From an uncultured delta proteobacterium (GTDB lineage Bacteria > Desulfobacterota > Desulfobacteria > Desulfobacterales > JAHEIW01): DNA of 64,000 nucleotides. Each line of letters starts with the position of its first letter. Position 1 is the first letter of the stretch. The notes under the pieces were generated by a model, which did not search any database, was not told the origin of the DNA, and was given only the letters and a program-made list of their open reading frames with translations. Both the position numbers and the translations under genes were made by a program. The stretch spans positions 384,001 through 448,000 of the forward strand of contig CAVPNL010000003.1 in the NCBI GenBank assembly GCA_963706575.1, in the 5' to 3' direction. Shown here in pieces: positions 19,279 through 29,555 of this stretch.

Positions 19279-20097
19279 ATGATTCGCAAAATCATTTCAG
19301 GGGGCCAGACGGGCGCCGACCAGGCCGCTTTAGATGCCGCCATAAAACTGGGCATCCCGCACGGTGGCTGGATACCGAAAGGCCGTTTAACTGAAAATGG
19401 TCCCTTGCCTGATAAATACAAATTGGCGGAAATGCCAGGCACCGCTTACGTGCTGCGAACAGAACAAAACGTTATCGATTCAAACGGCACACTAATTATC
19501 AGTCATGGCAAATTAAGCGACGGCTCAGATTATACACGCAAAATGGCCCTAAAGCACCATCGCCCCTGGCTTCATATAGATTTAAATAAAATCCCTGCCT
19601 TTAAAGCCGTAACCTTAATTTGCACCTGGATCGATGAAAATTCCATCGAAATCTTAAACGTCGCCGGGCCGCGGGCCAGTAAAGATGATCATATTTACCC
19701 GGCAGTATTAAAATTAATCGAAAGTGTCCACTACATGGAACTGATGACAACGGCCCATCCGCAGGCCGTCGAATTTCAGAATAATAGCCGTACTTCAACC
19801 CTAAAACAGCCGGAGACGGTTCAGGAAGCAATCGAAATCTTGATTTCCGACTTACCCTTAAAGGAAAAAACGACCATCGCCAACATGTTCGAGGAAGAAT
19901 TGATCAAGCTGAATGCCAATCTAAGCAGATACATTATGGATAAATTCGGCCTGTGGTCCGGAAATGAAAAACTGGTGGAATCCTGCCTGGAGCTCGCGGA
20001 TTACCCACTGCATGACGAGGATGATGCTGCCGCCGTCATCGTCAAAGAATTGTGGCGGAAATTGAGACAGACCCATAAACTTAGAATTGTAAGATAA
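19279..20097 (+). CDS. putative molybdenum-carrier / YpsA-like SLOG-fold protein with an extra C-terminal domain
   Basis: KIISGGQTGADQAALD, HGGW.PKGR, RTEQNV.DS.GTL, LNVAGPRAS. Confidence 0.85.
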   Translation: MIRKIISGGQTGADQAALDAAIKLGIPHGGWIPKGRLTENGPLPDKYKLAEMPGTAYVLRTEQNVIDSNGTLIISHGKLSDGSDYTRKMALKHHRPWLHIDLNKIPAFKAVTLICTWIDENSIEILNVAGPRASKDDHIYPAVLKLIESVHYMELMTTAHPQAVEFQNNSRTSTLKQPETVQEAIEILISDLPLKEKTTIANMFEEELIKLNANLSRYIMDKFGLWSGNEKLVESCLELADYPLHDEDDAAAVIVKELWRKLRQTHKLRIVR

Positions 20098-20111
20098 TAG
20101 GGGGAGGTAAC

Positions 20112-20720
20112 GTGAAAGCATTTCGATCAAGCCACCCGGGAAAATACCGGCCGTTTTGGATTCGCGTTACGCTTTTTACGTTTACCACGATGCTTTTATC
20201 ATCCGGTGTATTTGCAGGAGATTCGCCTCAAAAAAAGAGCACAAATCAGGCCGATGAGCAGATTCAGATCGTTGCCGATAAATTGATCACCAACAGTGCG
20301 GAAAAGTTTGCGGAGTTTGTGGGAGATGTGCGGGCCAGTCAGGGAAATTTTGAGATTACCTCGGAGCGCCTCCGAATTTATTATCGCGATGATCCGGATC
20401 GCAATAAAGATCAAACCGGCAGCCAGGAATCAATAAAACGGATAGTCGCCAACGGAAATGTGCAGGTATCATCTGAAAAATACGAGGCCAAAACCGATCA
20501 GGTTGAATACGACCTGGATACGCAGGTCATTGTTCTTATCGGTGAAAATTCGACTGTGACGAGCGGGAAAAATATCTTAACGGGATCAAAAATTACCGTT
20601 TATCGAAAAAATGGGCAAATAACGGTGGAAAGAAGCCCGCAAAAGCGGGTTAAAGCGGTTTTCTATCCAAAAGAAAAGGCCCCAGATGAAAAGGGCCCGG
20701 AGCAAAATCCGAAAGAGTAA
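20112..20720 (+). CDS. lptA: LptA/OstA-family LPS transport periplasmic protein
   Basis: Signal peptide, IQIVADKL, F.GDVRA.QG, IVANGNV, RVKAVFYP. Confidence 0.75.
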   Translation: MKAFRSSHPGKYRPFWIRVTLFTFTTMLLSSGVFAGDSPQKKSTNQADEQIQIVADKLITNSAEKFAEFVGDVRASQGNFEITSERLRIYYRDDPDRNKDQTGSQESIKRIVANGNVQVSSEKYEAKTDQVEYDLDTQVIVLIGENSTVTSGKNILTGSKITVYRKNGQITVERSPQKRVKAVFYPKEKAPDEKGPEQNPKE

Positions 20721-20764
20721 ATCGTTATGACGGATCGATTCGCTTTCGTATTTTTGAAATTGAT

Positions 20765-21034
20765 CTACCTTTTCAGCCGGCGCAACCTCTGCAAATTCTT
20801 ATACTTGAACATCAGATCTATCCATTGCTGGAATAAAGGCGCTAAATCCTCAACCGGCCGGTTAACGGTTGTATTTAACATTCTTTCCGCCTCCGCCAGG
20901 GCCTCGAGGTAATCCGTCCGTTCGGGTTCCATTCTCAGTAAATGGCGATAAATTTCAGCGGCCTTATCCCAGTGTCCCTGGCCGGCATAAACTTTTGCCA
21001 TTGTGCCCGTATAAAAGTCGGTTTCTTTTTCCAT
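20765..21034 (-). CDS. small TPR-like hypothetical protein
   Basis: FYTGTMAKVYAGQGHWDKAAEIYRHLL TPR-like helix pair; start moved to ATG 21034. Confidence 0.75.
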   Translation of the reverse strand: MEKETDFYTGTMAKVYAGQGHWDKAAEIYRHLLRMEPERTDYLEALAEAERMLNTTVNRPVEDLAPLFQQWIDLMFKYKNLQRLRRLKR

Positions 21035-21042
21035 TTCTAATC

Positions 21043-21226
21043 CACCGATTACGTCGATGACACGGATTATCATTAAATCCGCAGATTTCGCCGATTACGC
21101 TGATTATTATTAACTCTGCGGACCTTTATTTTTGCGCATTAAATCTGCGTTAATCTGCGTAATCTGTTGATAAATAACCTGGGCCAGTCCGCGTAACTTC
21201 TATCTTCCTCTGATTACGCTGATTAA
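21043..21226. repeat. degenerate 9-mer repeats (GATTACGCN / AATCTGCGT), partly inverted
   Basis: ccgattacgtcgatgacacggatt, cgcagatttcgccgattacgctgatt, aatctgcgttaatctgcgtaatctg, tgattacgctgatt. Confidence 0.65.
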
Positions 21227-21231
21227 ACGAA

Positions 21232-21531
21232 TTATTCAGAGTGATTCGGCATACTTTGGGGTTTGAGAATCAGTTCATCTTCTCCGACCATACCCAGTTC
21301 CTGGCGCGCCACGTTTTCAATATATTTCGGATCATGTTTTAACCGATCGATTTCAACACTCAGGGAGAGATTCTTGAGGGTCAGCTGTTCACTTTTTTCT
21401 GCCAGCTGATTCCTTTCATTTTTAAGAGAATTTAAATCGATCAAACCATGCTCGCCGAAGATGATAAAAAACAGCAAGGAGGCAAGCGCCAGAATGGCAA
21501 TGGATAAGAAGACACTTTGCTTTCTCGTCAT
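21232..21531 (-). CDS. ftsB: septum formation initiator FtsB/DivIC family
   Basis: TM segment + coiled coil + YIENVARQELGM. Confidence 0.85.
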   Translation of the reverse strand: MTRKQSVFLSIAILALASLLFFIIFGEHGLIDLNSLKNERNQLAEKSEQLTLKNLSLSVEIDRLKHDPKYIENVARQELGMVGEDELILKPQSMPNHSE

Positions 21532-23096
21532 TTTTTTCCTATTCCCTTTTTAACTTCGGCAACCATATTCGTAAATTCCGAACTTCTGGTTAAATAGGAG
21601 CAGACCCCGAAAACGACCAGGCCGCTCATTACACAGGCCGCCACTCCCGCAACCTGCCCGGTGAACGTGCCCCTTTCTGTCTCAATGAGCAGCCGCGCGA
21701 CCGTCCAGACAACTGCGCCCATGATTACAGCATTGCCCAATGTTTTACAGGCAGATTGGGCAATGCGTCTCCATCCCAGAGAGCCGAGCTTTCGGCGCAA
21801 GGCATACACGAGCAGTCCAAGGTTCAAAGCGGAGGCAAGCGATGTTGCCAAAGCCAACCCGCCGTGTCCCAGAGGACCCATCAAGATGATTCCCAGCATA
21901 ATATTGGCCAGGATGGAAACCGTCGCCATCATCATCGGCGTACGCGTATCTTTGAGAGCAAAAAAAGTTGCGGCAACGATCCGGACTGCCGAAAAGGCCC
22001 ATAGGCCTATAGCATAGTATAAAAGCGCCCTGGCAGTCAACCGGGCAGCCGCTAAACTGAATTCGCCTCTCTGGAATAATAAAGCAATGATCGGCTCTCT
22101 TAAAATAATTAAACCGACCATCGATGGGATGGTTAGAAACAAAGTTAAGCGAACTGAATAGCTAAAGGTATCTTTTAAAGCGTCAACATCATTGGTGGCT
22201 GCCTGCCGGGATAAGCTTGGCAATACAGCCGTGGCGGCCGCAATGGCAAATATACCTAACGGAAATTGAACCAGACGGTCCGCAAAATATAAATAGGTTA
22301 TGCTCCCCTCTTTTAGCAAAGATCCTAACAGCTGATCAATCAGTGTATTAATCTGATAAACAGCCCCGCCAAAAATTACGGGCAGCATTAATTGACCGAT
22401 CTTTTTTAAGCCGGGATGCAAAATTTTCGATTTCTGCCGGAGAAGAAATCCTTTTCTGAACATAGCCGGCAGTTGAAAGACAAGCTGCAAGACGCCACCA
22501 ATCATCACACCCACGGCCAGCCCCAGCACCGGTTGCGAAAAGTGCGGACACAGGAAAAAAACAGATAAAATCATCGCCAGATTTAGCAAAACCGGCGCCA
22601 GAGCGGGAGTTGCGAAATGCCCGAATACATTGAGTATTCCCATGCATAAAGCCACCAGCCCGATAAAGAAAATATAGGGGAACATAATGCGCGTAAGGAC
22701 AATGGTGAGGGATATTTTTCCGGGTGAGTCAATGAATCCAGGAGCTATGATTTTTACGATCAGAGGCGATAGGATGATGCCGCAAATGGAAACAACCACC
22801 AGTATTATGGACATGACCCCAAGGGCAGATCTTGCAAGTCTAAGGGCTTCATCCTTGCCGTCTTTTGCCAGATAGTCCGTCAAAACAGGCACAAAAGCAT
22901 TACTGATGGACCCTTCTCCTAAAAGCTTTCGGAGAAGGTTGGGAATTCTGAATGCCGCAATAAATGCATCCGAATTCAGGCCGGCGCCAAAATACCAGGC
23001 GATGACCGCATCGCGAATATAGCCCAGCGTGCGGCTCAATAGCGTCGCAGCCCCAACGACGCCGGCTGCCTTAATCACCTGGGATTTTTCGGACAT
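21528..23096 (-). CDS. murJ: lipid II flippase
   Basis: SR.LGYIRD, AFRIPNLLR..EG, ADRLVQFPLG; multi-TM. Confidence 0.95.
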   Translation of the reverse strand: MSEKSQVIKAAGVVGAATLLSRTLGYIRDAVIAWYFGAGLNSDAFIAAFRIPNLLRKLLGEGSISNAFVPVLTDYLAKDGKDEALRLARSALGVMSIILVVVSICGIILSPLIVKIIAPGFIDSPGKISLTIVLTRIMFPYIFFIGLVALCMGILNVFGHFATPALAPVLLNLAMILSVFFLCPHFSQPVLGLAVGVMIGGVLQLVFQLPAMFRKGFLLRQKSKILHPGLKKIGQLMLPVIFGGAVYQINTLIDQLLGSLLKEGSITYLYFADRLVQFPLGIFAIAAATAVLPSLSRQAATNDVDALKDTFSYSVRLTLFLTIPSMVGLIILREPIIALLFQRGEFSLAAARLTARALLYYAIGLWAFSAVRIVAATFFALKDTRTPMMMATVSILANIMLGIILMGPLGHGGLALATSLASALNLGLLVYALRRKLGSLGWRRIAQSACKTLGNAVIMGAVVWTVARLLIETERGTFTGQVAGVAACVMSGLVVFGVCSYLTRSSEFTNMVAEVKKGIGKK

Positions 23097-23213
23097 GGCT
23101 AAATCTGCAGAAAACTTCTTGACATCTTAAATTTCGTTCTATATTAGTGATTGTTTATGCAACTAAAATGATCGTTTCAAATTAGGTATTATCTGGAAAA
23201 AGGAGTCGATACT

Positions 23214-23483
23214 TTGGCAAATCATAAATCAGCTGAAAAGCGTGCCCGTCAAAACGAGAAACGAAGGGTTCGCAACAAAGCAGTAAAAACCAGAATAAAG
23301 CACGTAACCAAAGAAGTTCGCCAGGCATCCGGTGACGCGTCAAAAGAAGAGACCTTGGCTAAACTGAAAGCGGCTCAATCCATTGTTGACAAAGCGCTCA
23401 AAAAAGGTGTGATTCATAAAAAGACCGCTGCCCGCAAAATATCCCGCCTTTCCAGACTGGTGAACACAATCGTCGTTTTTTAA
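23214..23483 (+). CDS. rpsT: 30S ribosomal protein S20
   Basis: MANHKSAEKRARQ..KGVIHKKTAARKISRL. Confidence 0.97.
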   Translation: MANHKSAEKRARQNEKRRVRNKAVKTRIKHVTKEVRQASGDASKEETLAKLKAAQSIVDKALKKGVIHKKTAARKISRLSRLVNTIVVF

Positions 23484-23506
23484 CATCGATCCGTTCTCGC
23501 CCGCAT

Positions 23507-23652
23507 TAGAAGCCATCTCAAAAATAGGATTTTGGTTCAAGATCGCGGCGGAGCCTAGCTTTAAACCGCAGGCATACTTTTGTATGTTGAGGATTTAAAG
23601 CGAGGCACCAACAAAGATATTGGGCCAAAAGACATTTTTGAGATGGCTTCTA
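23507..23652. mobile_element. 146-bp MITE-like hairpin element, copy B
   Basis: Perfect terminal inverted repeat TAGAAGCCATCTCAAAAAT...ATTTTTGAGATGGCTTCTA; right end supplies the lptE TAG. Confidence 0.88.
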
Positions 23653-24174
23653 GAAATCATCGCTAAACCTGTTGACGGTCCTTTCGGCGATGCGTTTCGA
23701 AAGCACTCTGATTGCATTCCTCCGGTTTGCGTCCGTCTGTTCCGTGTCCGTATCCACAAGGTATGCTTCAAAATCCGTAAGACTCTTTGGCAGCCCATAC
23801 AATCCTGCCATCTTTTTTCGTCAATTTCAAATCAACGCTAACGGTAACGCGCCGCTCATCGGCTACATCCGGTTTACTTACAGAGATCGTCACTATGGTC
23901 ACCAGGTTGACAACGCCGCTTAAGACGACATCAGCATCATCGAAACCACTCGCCAGTTCATCGGTTTTGCGCAAGGTCAGTTCGGTTAAAAGCGCGTTGG
24001 TTACAATGCTTTCAACGCCGGTCTCCTGCGTTTTGTTTTCCAGAACTTTTACGAAAAGACGCTCGGTATCTCCCGGAAATCCCCCCTGTTCCGCAAAGCG
24101 ATACCCGCAGGACACTACACAGCACCACTAATTAAAAGGATTATAACGCTGAACTTGCTTTTATTCAAATCCAT
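23650..24174 (-). pseudogene. lptE: LPS assembly lipoprotein LptE, split by two apparent frameshifts (probably sequence errors)
   Basis: ATG 24174 with GGAGAG RBS and a signal peptide; shift near 24130 into the lipobox VVSCGYRF; second shift near 23786 into LTDFEAY..NRRNAIRVLSKRIAERTVNRFSDDF*; canonical position after leuS. Confidence 0.8.
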
Positions 24175-24185
24175 CTCTCCGGTGA

Positions 24186-24330
24186 TACGCATAGCGCATG
24201 GCGCATAGAGCAAAGCGTTAAAATGTTTGAATTAAAATGAAGGAACTTTTAAGCTTGGTTTCGCGTTTCGTATTTTAATTCCACAATCCGAAATCTGCAA
24301 TCCGCAATCGATCGCCTGACACCTGACAAA
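24186..24330. repeat. mixed heptamer tandem repeats between leuS and lptE
   Basis: gcatagcgcatggcgcatagagc; tccacaatccgaaatctgcaatccgcaatc; cctgacacctgaca. Confidence 0.6.
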
Positions 24331-24333
24331 CCC

Positions 24334-26925
24334 TCAAACAACAATGTTAACCAGCTTACCCTTGACATAAATGACCTTTTTTATGGCCCGGCCATCGACA
24401 AATTTCTTTAGGCGTTCATCCGCAAGCGCAATCTGCTTGATGGTCTCTTCATCGGTATCGGTCGCCACTGAAAACTTGCTTCTCAGCTTGCCGTTGACCT
24501 GAATCACAATTAACAGCTCATCCTTCTCGAGGGCCTCTTTCAGATAAGACGGCCACGGCGCCAGCAAAATACTGGATGAATTGCCCAGCGCTTCCCACAG
24601 CTGTTCGGCAAAATGCGGCACGATCGGCGACAGCAGCAATGTCAGAGTTTCCATGGCAAATCGCATCACCGCGACCTGTTGCGGATTGCTTGTGGCTTCT
24701 TCAATGGCGGACATCGTGTTAAACAGCTCCATAATAGCACTAATGGCCGTATTAAAATGGTAGCGGTTCTCGATGTCCCGGGTCACCTTCATTATGGTTT
24801 GATGCGTTTTTTTGTAAAGATCCCTTTCGGCACCCTCCAGAGCGTCGGAGCTGCCGTCGAATGCAGCCACATCCTTTACCCGATTCATCCACTCGCTTGT
24901 CAGGCGCCACACTCTGTTTAAAAAACGGAAACCGCCTTCAACTCCCTGCTCGCTCCACTCCAGATCGCGTTCAGGCGGTGCGGCAAACAGGCAAAAAAAC
25001 CGCGTGGTGTCGGCGCCGTATTTTTCAAGAAGCGTATTGGGGTCAATGACATTCTTTTTCGATTTGGACATTTTTTCTACGCGCCCCAGCGTCACCGGCG
25101 CATCACAATGCACACAAAAACGCTTTCCGTCCACAACCGTTACTTCATCGGGCAGCAGATTCCCGTGTTTGGGGCATGAAGCCGTTTCTTTGCACACCAT
25201 CCCCTGGGTTAACAAACGCGTGAAAGGTTCTTTGAACTTGACCAAACCCTGATCGTTTAAGACGCGGGTATAATAGCGTGAATAGAGCAGGTGCAAAATG
25301 GCATGCTCAACACCGCCGATATACTGGTCAACCGGCATCCAGTAATCTACCGCCGATGGGTCAAACATGCCTTTATCAAAGTGCGGGCTGCAATATCGGT
25401 CAAAATACCAGGATGATTCAACAAATGTATCCATGGTGTCGGTCTCCCGACGTGCTGACGAATGGCCGCATTCCGGACACTGCACCTTTACAAACGAATC
25501 CAGCTGATGCAGCGGTGACCTGCCGCCTTCCAACATTTCGACATCTTCCGGCAAGACGACCGGAAGGTCTGATTCCGGAACCGGTACAATTCCACAGCTA
25601 TCGCAATGGATAATGGGAATTGGCGCGCCCCAGTATCTTTGCCTCGAAATGCCCCAATCCCGTAACCGATAGCTAACCTCTGCTTGTCCCAGGTTATTTT
25701 TTTCCAGGAACGCAGCAATCGCCTGCATTGCTTTTTTATTTTCCATTCCGTTGAAATCACCGGAATTAACCATGATACCCGGCCCCACATAAGCCTCCAC
25801 AAGACCCTCAGACTCCAAATTTTCATCTTCCGACGTAACAACGACGATGATGTCCAGGCCATATTTCTTGGCAAAATCAAAATCGCGCTGATCATGGGCC
25901 GGCACAGCCATTACAGCACCTGTCCCGTATTCCATGAGGGCAAAGTTTGCCGTATAAATGGGGATGCGTTTGCCGCTCAAGGGATTAATACAGTGAGCAC
26001 CGAGAAATACACCTTCCTTCTCATATTCCTCCACAGCCTTGTCCGATCGATCCAGCATCGACATCTTATCGACAAACGCCGTCACTTGCTTTTCCTGAGG
26101 CGTCGCCCGTGAAAGCTGGAGGGTCAGTGGATGTTCCGGAGCCAGGCACATAAAGGTTGCACCGAAAACCGTATCATGACGGGTCGTAAATACCGGAATA
26201 ACGATATCCTGGTTTTCAACCGGAAAACGAATCTCAGCCCCGACGCTTTTTCCAATCCAGTTTTTCTGCATGGTGGTTACCTTTTCCGGCCATCCAGGCA
26301 GCTGATCGGAATAGGCCAGCAGATCACCGGCATAATCTGTAGTGCGGAAAAACCATTGCCACAGTTTTTTCTGGCGAACCTGCTGGCTGCAGCGCCAGCA
26401 TAAACCGGATTCAACCTGTTCATTAGCCAGGACCGTCTGGCAGGATTCGCACCAGTTCACAAACGATTCCTTGCGATAGGCCATTCCGTTTTCGTACATT
26501 TTCAAAAACAGCCACTGTTCCCAACGATAGTATTCAGGCCGGCAGGTTGCGATTTCTCTGCCCCAATCATAGGAGAATCCCAGCTGCTTGAGCTGAGCGC
26601 GCATGGCATCGATGTTGGCATAGGTCCATTTCGCTGGATGGGTTTTGTTGGCAATGGCGGCATTTTCTGCCGGCATGCCAAAGGCATCCCAGCCCATGGG
26701 GTGCAAGACATTGAAACCGCGCATTCGCTTGTATCTGGCCACCACATCACCAATGGTATAGTTGCGCACATGTCCCATATGAATCTTGCCGGAAGGATAC
26801 GGAAACATCTCCAGAAGATAATATTTTTCCCTGTCGGGATCTTCTTTGACTTTGAACAGCCCGTTCGACTCCCAGTAAGCCTGCCATTTGGGTTCAATTT
26901 TTCTGGGATCGTATTTCTCGTCCAT
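24334..26925 (-). CDS. leuS: leucine--tRNA ligase
   Basis: MFPYPSG.IHMGH, GWDAFG, RLRDW..SRQRYWG, KMSKS. Confidence 0.97.
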   Translation of the reverse strand: MDEKYDPRKIEPKWQAYWESNGLFKVKEDPDREKYYLLEMFPYPSGKIHMGHVRNYTIGDVVARYKRMRGFNVLHPMGWDAFGMPAENAAIANKTHPAKWTYANIDAMRAQLKQLGFSYDWGREIATCRPEYYRWEQWLFLKMYENGMAYRKESFVNWCESCQTVLANEQVESGLCWRCSQQVRQKKLWQWFFRTTDYAGDLLAYSDQLPGWPEKVTTMQKNWIGKSVGAEIRFPVENQDIVIPVFTTRHDTVFGATFMCLAPEHPLTLQLSRATPQEKQVTAFVDKMSMLDRSDKAVEEYEKEGVFLGAHCINPLSGKRIPIYTANFALMEYGTGAVMAVPAHDQRDFDFAKKYGLDIIVVVTSEDENLESEGLVEAYVGPGIMVNSGDFNGMENKKAMQAIAAFLEKNNLGQAEVSYRLRDWGISRQRYWGAPIPIIHCDSCGIVPVPESDLPVVLPEDVEMLEGGRSPLHQLDSFVKVQCPECGHSSARRETDTMDTFVESSWYFDRYCSPHFDKGMFDPSAVDYWMPVDQYIGGVEHAILHLLYSRYYTRVLNDQGLVKFKEPFTRLLTQGMVCKETASCPKHGNLLPDEVTVVDGKRFCVHCDAPVTLGRVEKMSKSKKNVIDPNTLLEKYGADTTRFFCLFAAPPERDLEWSEQGVEGGFRFLNRVWRLTSEWMNRVKDVAAFDGSSDALEGAERDLYKKTHQTIMKVTRDIENRYHFNTAISAIMELFNTMSAIEEATSNPQQVAVMRFAMETLTLLLSPIVPHFAEQLWEALGNSSSILLAPWPSYLKEALEKDELLIVIQVNGKLRSKFSVATDTDEETIKQIALADERLKKFVDGRAIKKVIYVKGKLVNIVV

Positions 26926-26980
26926 TACCGAAACCCGCCTTTTTCCTATTTGGTTGATCGTTTATGAATGCTTGACTTTC

Positions 26981-27008
26981 TAAAACCCATCTCAAAAAAT
27001 GGGTTCTA
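26981..27008. repeat. collapsed, ends-only derivative of the MITE
   Basis: TAAAACCCATCTCAAAAAATGGGTTCTA = left end fused to right end. Confidence 0.7.
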
Positions 27009-27434
27009 AATAAAACATCCCCGTGATCCATCGTGGGACCCCAGGGAAAACTGTTCCCAACGTTTTTCATGCCACAAAATGATAACAATAGCAAGGCTGT
27101 CAAGTAACTCTACTGATAGGAGATGGGACAGCGAACGGGCACGTCTCATGAAACATGTCTATCAGGAAACAAAAAGGAACACGAGGGCGCATACAGGATT
27201 AGGCAACGTTCCTGTGCTTCGAACCTGTTGTTGTGTTCGTTCTTGTTATCGCGTATTTTCCGGCTTGGATGTCAACCCGGTGACTTGACTGCCGCGATTT
27301 TTGGGCCGAGAAATCGTTTGACTTGTTATTGACAATTTCATATTCAGGCGCATACACTTAAGAATTAAAAATCGGGCGAAGTTAACGAATTCCATCAACA
27401 GGTCGTTTATGAAGGCATTAGGGGTTAAGACTTT

Positions 27435-28931
27435 ATGAGCACAAAAATCCTTATTAATGCAATTGCTCCGGAAGAATGCCGGGTCGCTATAGTCAAAGCA
27501 AAAAATCTGGAAGAATTTTATATTGAAAGCGCTTCGCGGGAAATCACCCAGGGCAATATATACAAAGGAACGATTTCGCGGATCGAGCCAAGCCTTCAGG
27601 CGGTTTTTGTAGACTACGGTGCCGAACGACACGGCTTTTTACAGCGCCATGAAATCCACAGCGACTATTTTCAGGAAAGTGAAGGGGGCGTCCATAAAAT
27701 AGAAAAAATCGTCAAACGTGGGCAGGAAGTTATGGTGCAGGTCACCAAAGAGCCGTTTATGAAAAAGGGCGCCATGCTGACCACCTATATCTCTTTGGCA
27801 GGTCGGCATCTGGTGTTGATGCCCGGCAGTGACAAACGGGGGATTTCTCGAAAGATTGAGGATGAAGATGAACGCAGCCGTATCAAGGATTTGATGGCTA
27901 AATTAAAATCCCCGGAAGGGTTCGGCCTAATCGTCCGGACCGTTGGTGTAAACTGCACTAAAACCCTTTTAGCCCGTGATTTAAGGTATCTGCTGCGTCT
28001 TTGGAAAAACATTAAAAAAAGCGTAATGAAGGATCCGGCGCCGGCACTTCTTTATCGCGAAAGGAACCTGGTTCTAAGGTCGATCCGTGATTATTTTACG
28101 CCAGAGGTAAATGAAATTCTAATCGATGATCCTGCTGTATTCCATGAAGTAAAGGATTTCATCAAAATTATTTCCCGCAAACACAATAAAATCGTCAAAC
28201 TATATAAAGGCGCCAAGCCGATTTTCACTCAATTTGGAATCGAAAACCAGATTGCGACCATATTTGAAAGCCGGGTAACTCTAAAATCAGGGGGCTCCAT
28301 TGTCATCGAACAAACCGAAGCCCTGGTGTCTGTTGATGTAAATTCCGGCAAATCCACTCATGAAAGATCGATTGAAAAAACAGCATTTCTTACCAACCTG
28401 GAAGCGGCCGAAGAAGCTGCCCGACAGCTTCGGCTGAGAGACCTGGGTGGCCTCATTGTCATTGATTTCATTGACATGAAAGAGCCAAAGCACCGTTCAG
28501 ATGTTGAGCGCCGGCTGCGAAGCGTTGCCAACGAGGACAAAGCCAAGACAAAAGTGGGGAAAATCTCAAGATTCGGATTGCTGGAAATGTCCCGCCAACG
28601 GATCCGTCCTTCGATCGAATTCGGCAGTTATCAACCCTGTCACTACTGCCAGGGTAAAGGACTAATTGCATCCACAGAGACCCTGGCGGTCGGTTTTCTC
28701 AGAAAACTCAGTTTAGAAACCCTTAAACCGGGAATTGCCTTTGTCAAAGTGGTGGTGCCGCTAAATGTCGCCGACTATCTGTTAAACAAAAAACGCAAAG
28801 AAATTGCCGAACTGGAAGAGCGGCGTAACCTGAATGTCAAAATTGAAGGCGACCAATCAATGATACCGGGAGACAGCCAGATTTTATATAACGATAAAAA
28901 GAATTCTCAGGGGTTAAAAGTTCGATATTGA
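27435..28931 (+). CDS. ribonuclease E/G family
   Basis: S1 domain GNIYKG..EPSLQAVFVDYG, DVNSG, RLRDLGGLIVIDFIDM, CHYC Zn link. Confidence 0.95.
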   Translation: MSTKILINAIAPEECRVAIVKAKNLEEFYIESASREITQGNIYKGTISRIEPSLQAVFVDYGAERHGFLQRHEIHSDYFQESEGGVHKIEKIVKRGQEVMVQVTKEPFMKKGAMLTTYISLAGRHLVLMPGSDKRGISRKIEDEDERSRIKDLMAKLKSPEGFGLIVRTVGVNCTKTLLARDLRYLLRLWKNIKKSVMKDPAPALLYRERNLVLRSIRDYFTPEVNEILIDDPAVFHEVKDFIKIISRKHNKIVKLYKGAKPIFTQFGIENQIATIFESRVTLKSGGSIVIEQTEALVSVDVNSGKSTHERSIEKTAFLTNLEAAEEAARQLRLRDLGGLIVIDFIDMKEPKHRSDVERRLRSVANEDKAKTKVGKISRFGLLEMSRQRIRPSIEFGSYQPCHYCQGKGLIASTETLAVGFLRKLSLETLKPGIAFVKVVVPLNVADYLLNKKRKEIAELEERRNLNVKIEGDQSMIPGDSQILYNDKKNSQGLKVRY

Positions 28932-29028
28932 CAGCATTTTTATATTGAAGTATTTATCCTAATTTTGATCCGCGATAGCGCTTCAAAATGAAAACCCATT
29001 TTGTATCTTAAATGAAGGAGGCATTATT

Positions 29029-29358
29029 TTGATTGATATTGCATATGCAATGGGCGGCGGCGGAGAAGGTGCCGCAGGATTTAGCGGATTCATTCCGATC
29101 ATTCTGATGTTTGTTATTTTTTATTTCCTGCTGATCCGACCCCAGCAAAAAAGACAAAAGGAACACCGCACGATGATATCGAGCCTGAAAAAGGGAGACC
29201 GAATCATCACCAGCGGTGGCTTGCACGGTCGCATAACCGGAATAGATGACACGACATTGACCGTAGAAATAGCAGACAAAGTGCGGGTAAAAGTTGCCCG
29301 CTCCAATGTTTCGGCTATGTCTCAGCCGGGTTCACAACCGCAACCGGAAAAAAAATAG
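29029..29358 (+). CDS. yajC: preprotein translocase subunit YajC
   Basis: FYFLLIRPQQKR..L.KGD..TSGGL.G. Confidence 0.95.
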   Translation: MIDIAYAMGGGGEGAAGFSGFIPIILMFVIFYFLLIRPQQKRQKEHRTMISSLKKGDRIITSGGLHGRITGIDDTTLTVEIADKVRVKVARSNVSAMSQPGSQPQPEKK

Positions 29359-29402
29359 CCTGCAAATCTGCAGTCGATTTTATGCGAATTGGATATATGA
29401 TT

Positions 29403-29470
29403 TGTAAATGGTTGAATGGTTAAACGGTGTGTTGAAATAGCTGTTTAAACGTTCAACCATTTGTCTATTT
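29403..29470. repeat. inverted octamer repeat arms
   Basis: gtaaatggttgaatggttaaacgg ... ctgtttaaacgttcaaccatttgtctattt. Confidence 0.6.
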
Positions 29471-29555
29471 GGAGATTAATTTGCGGTGCCGCGTTCAGAT
29501 CCGGTTTGGCACCGCTGGCCGATATTAAAATACCGCCCCAAAAAGGAAGGCAGCG

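Noticed and set aside
26926..27434. T-box, 6S or SRP RNA upstream of leuS
   Set aside because: No T-box (AAGGTGGTACC-like) or SRP (GGAAGCAGC) signature, and no 6S-like context was recognised.
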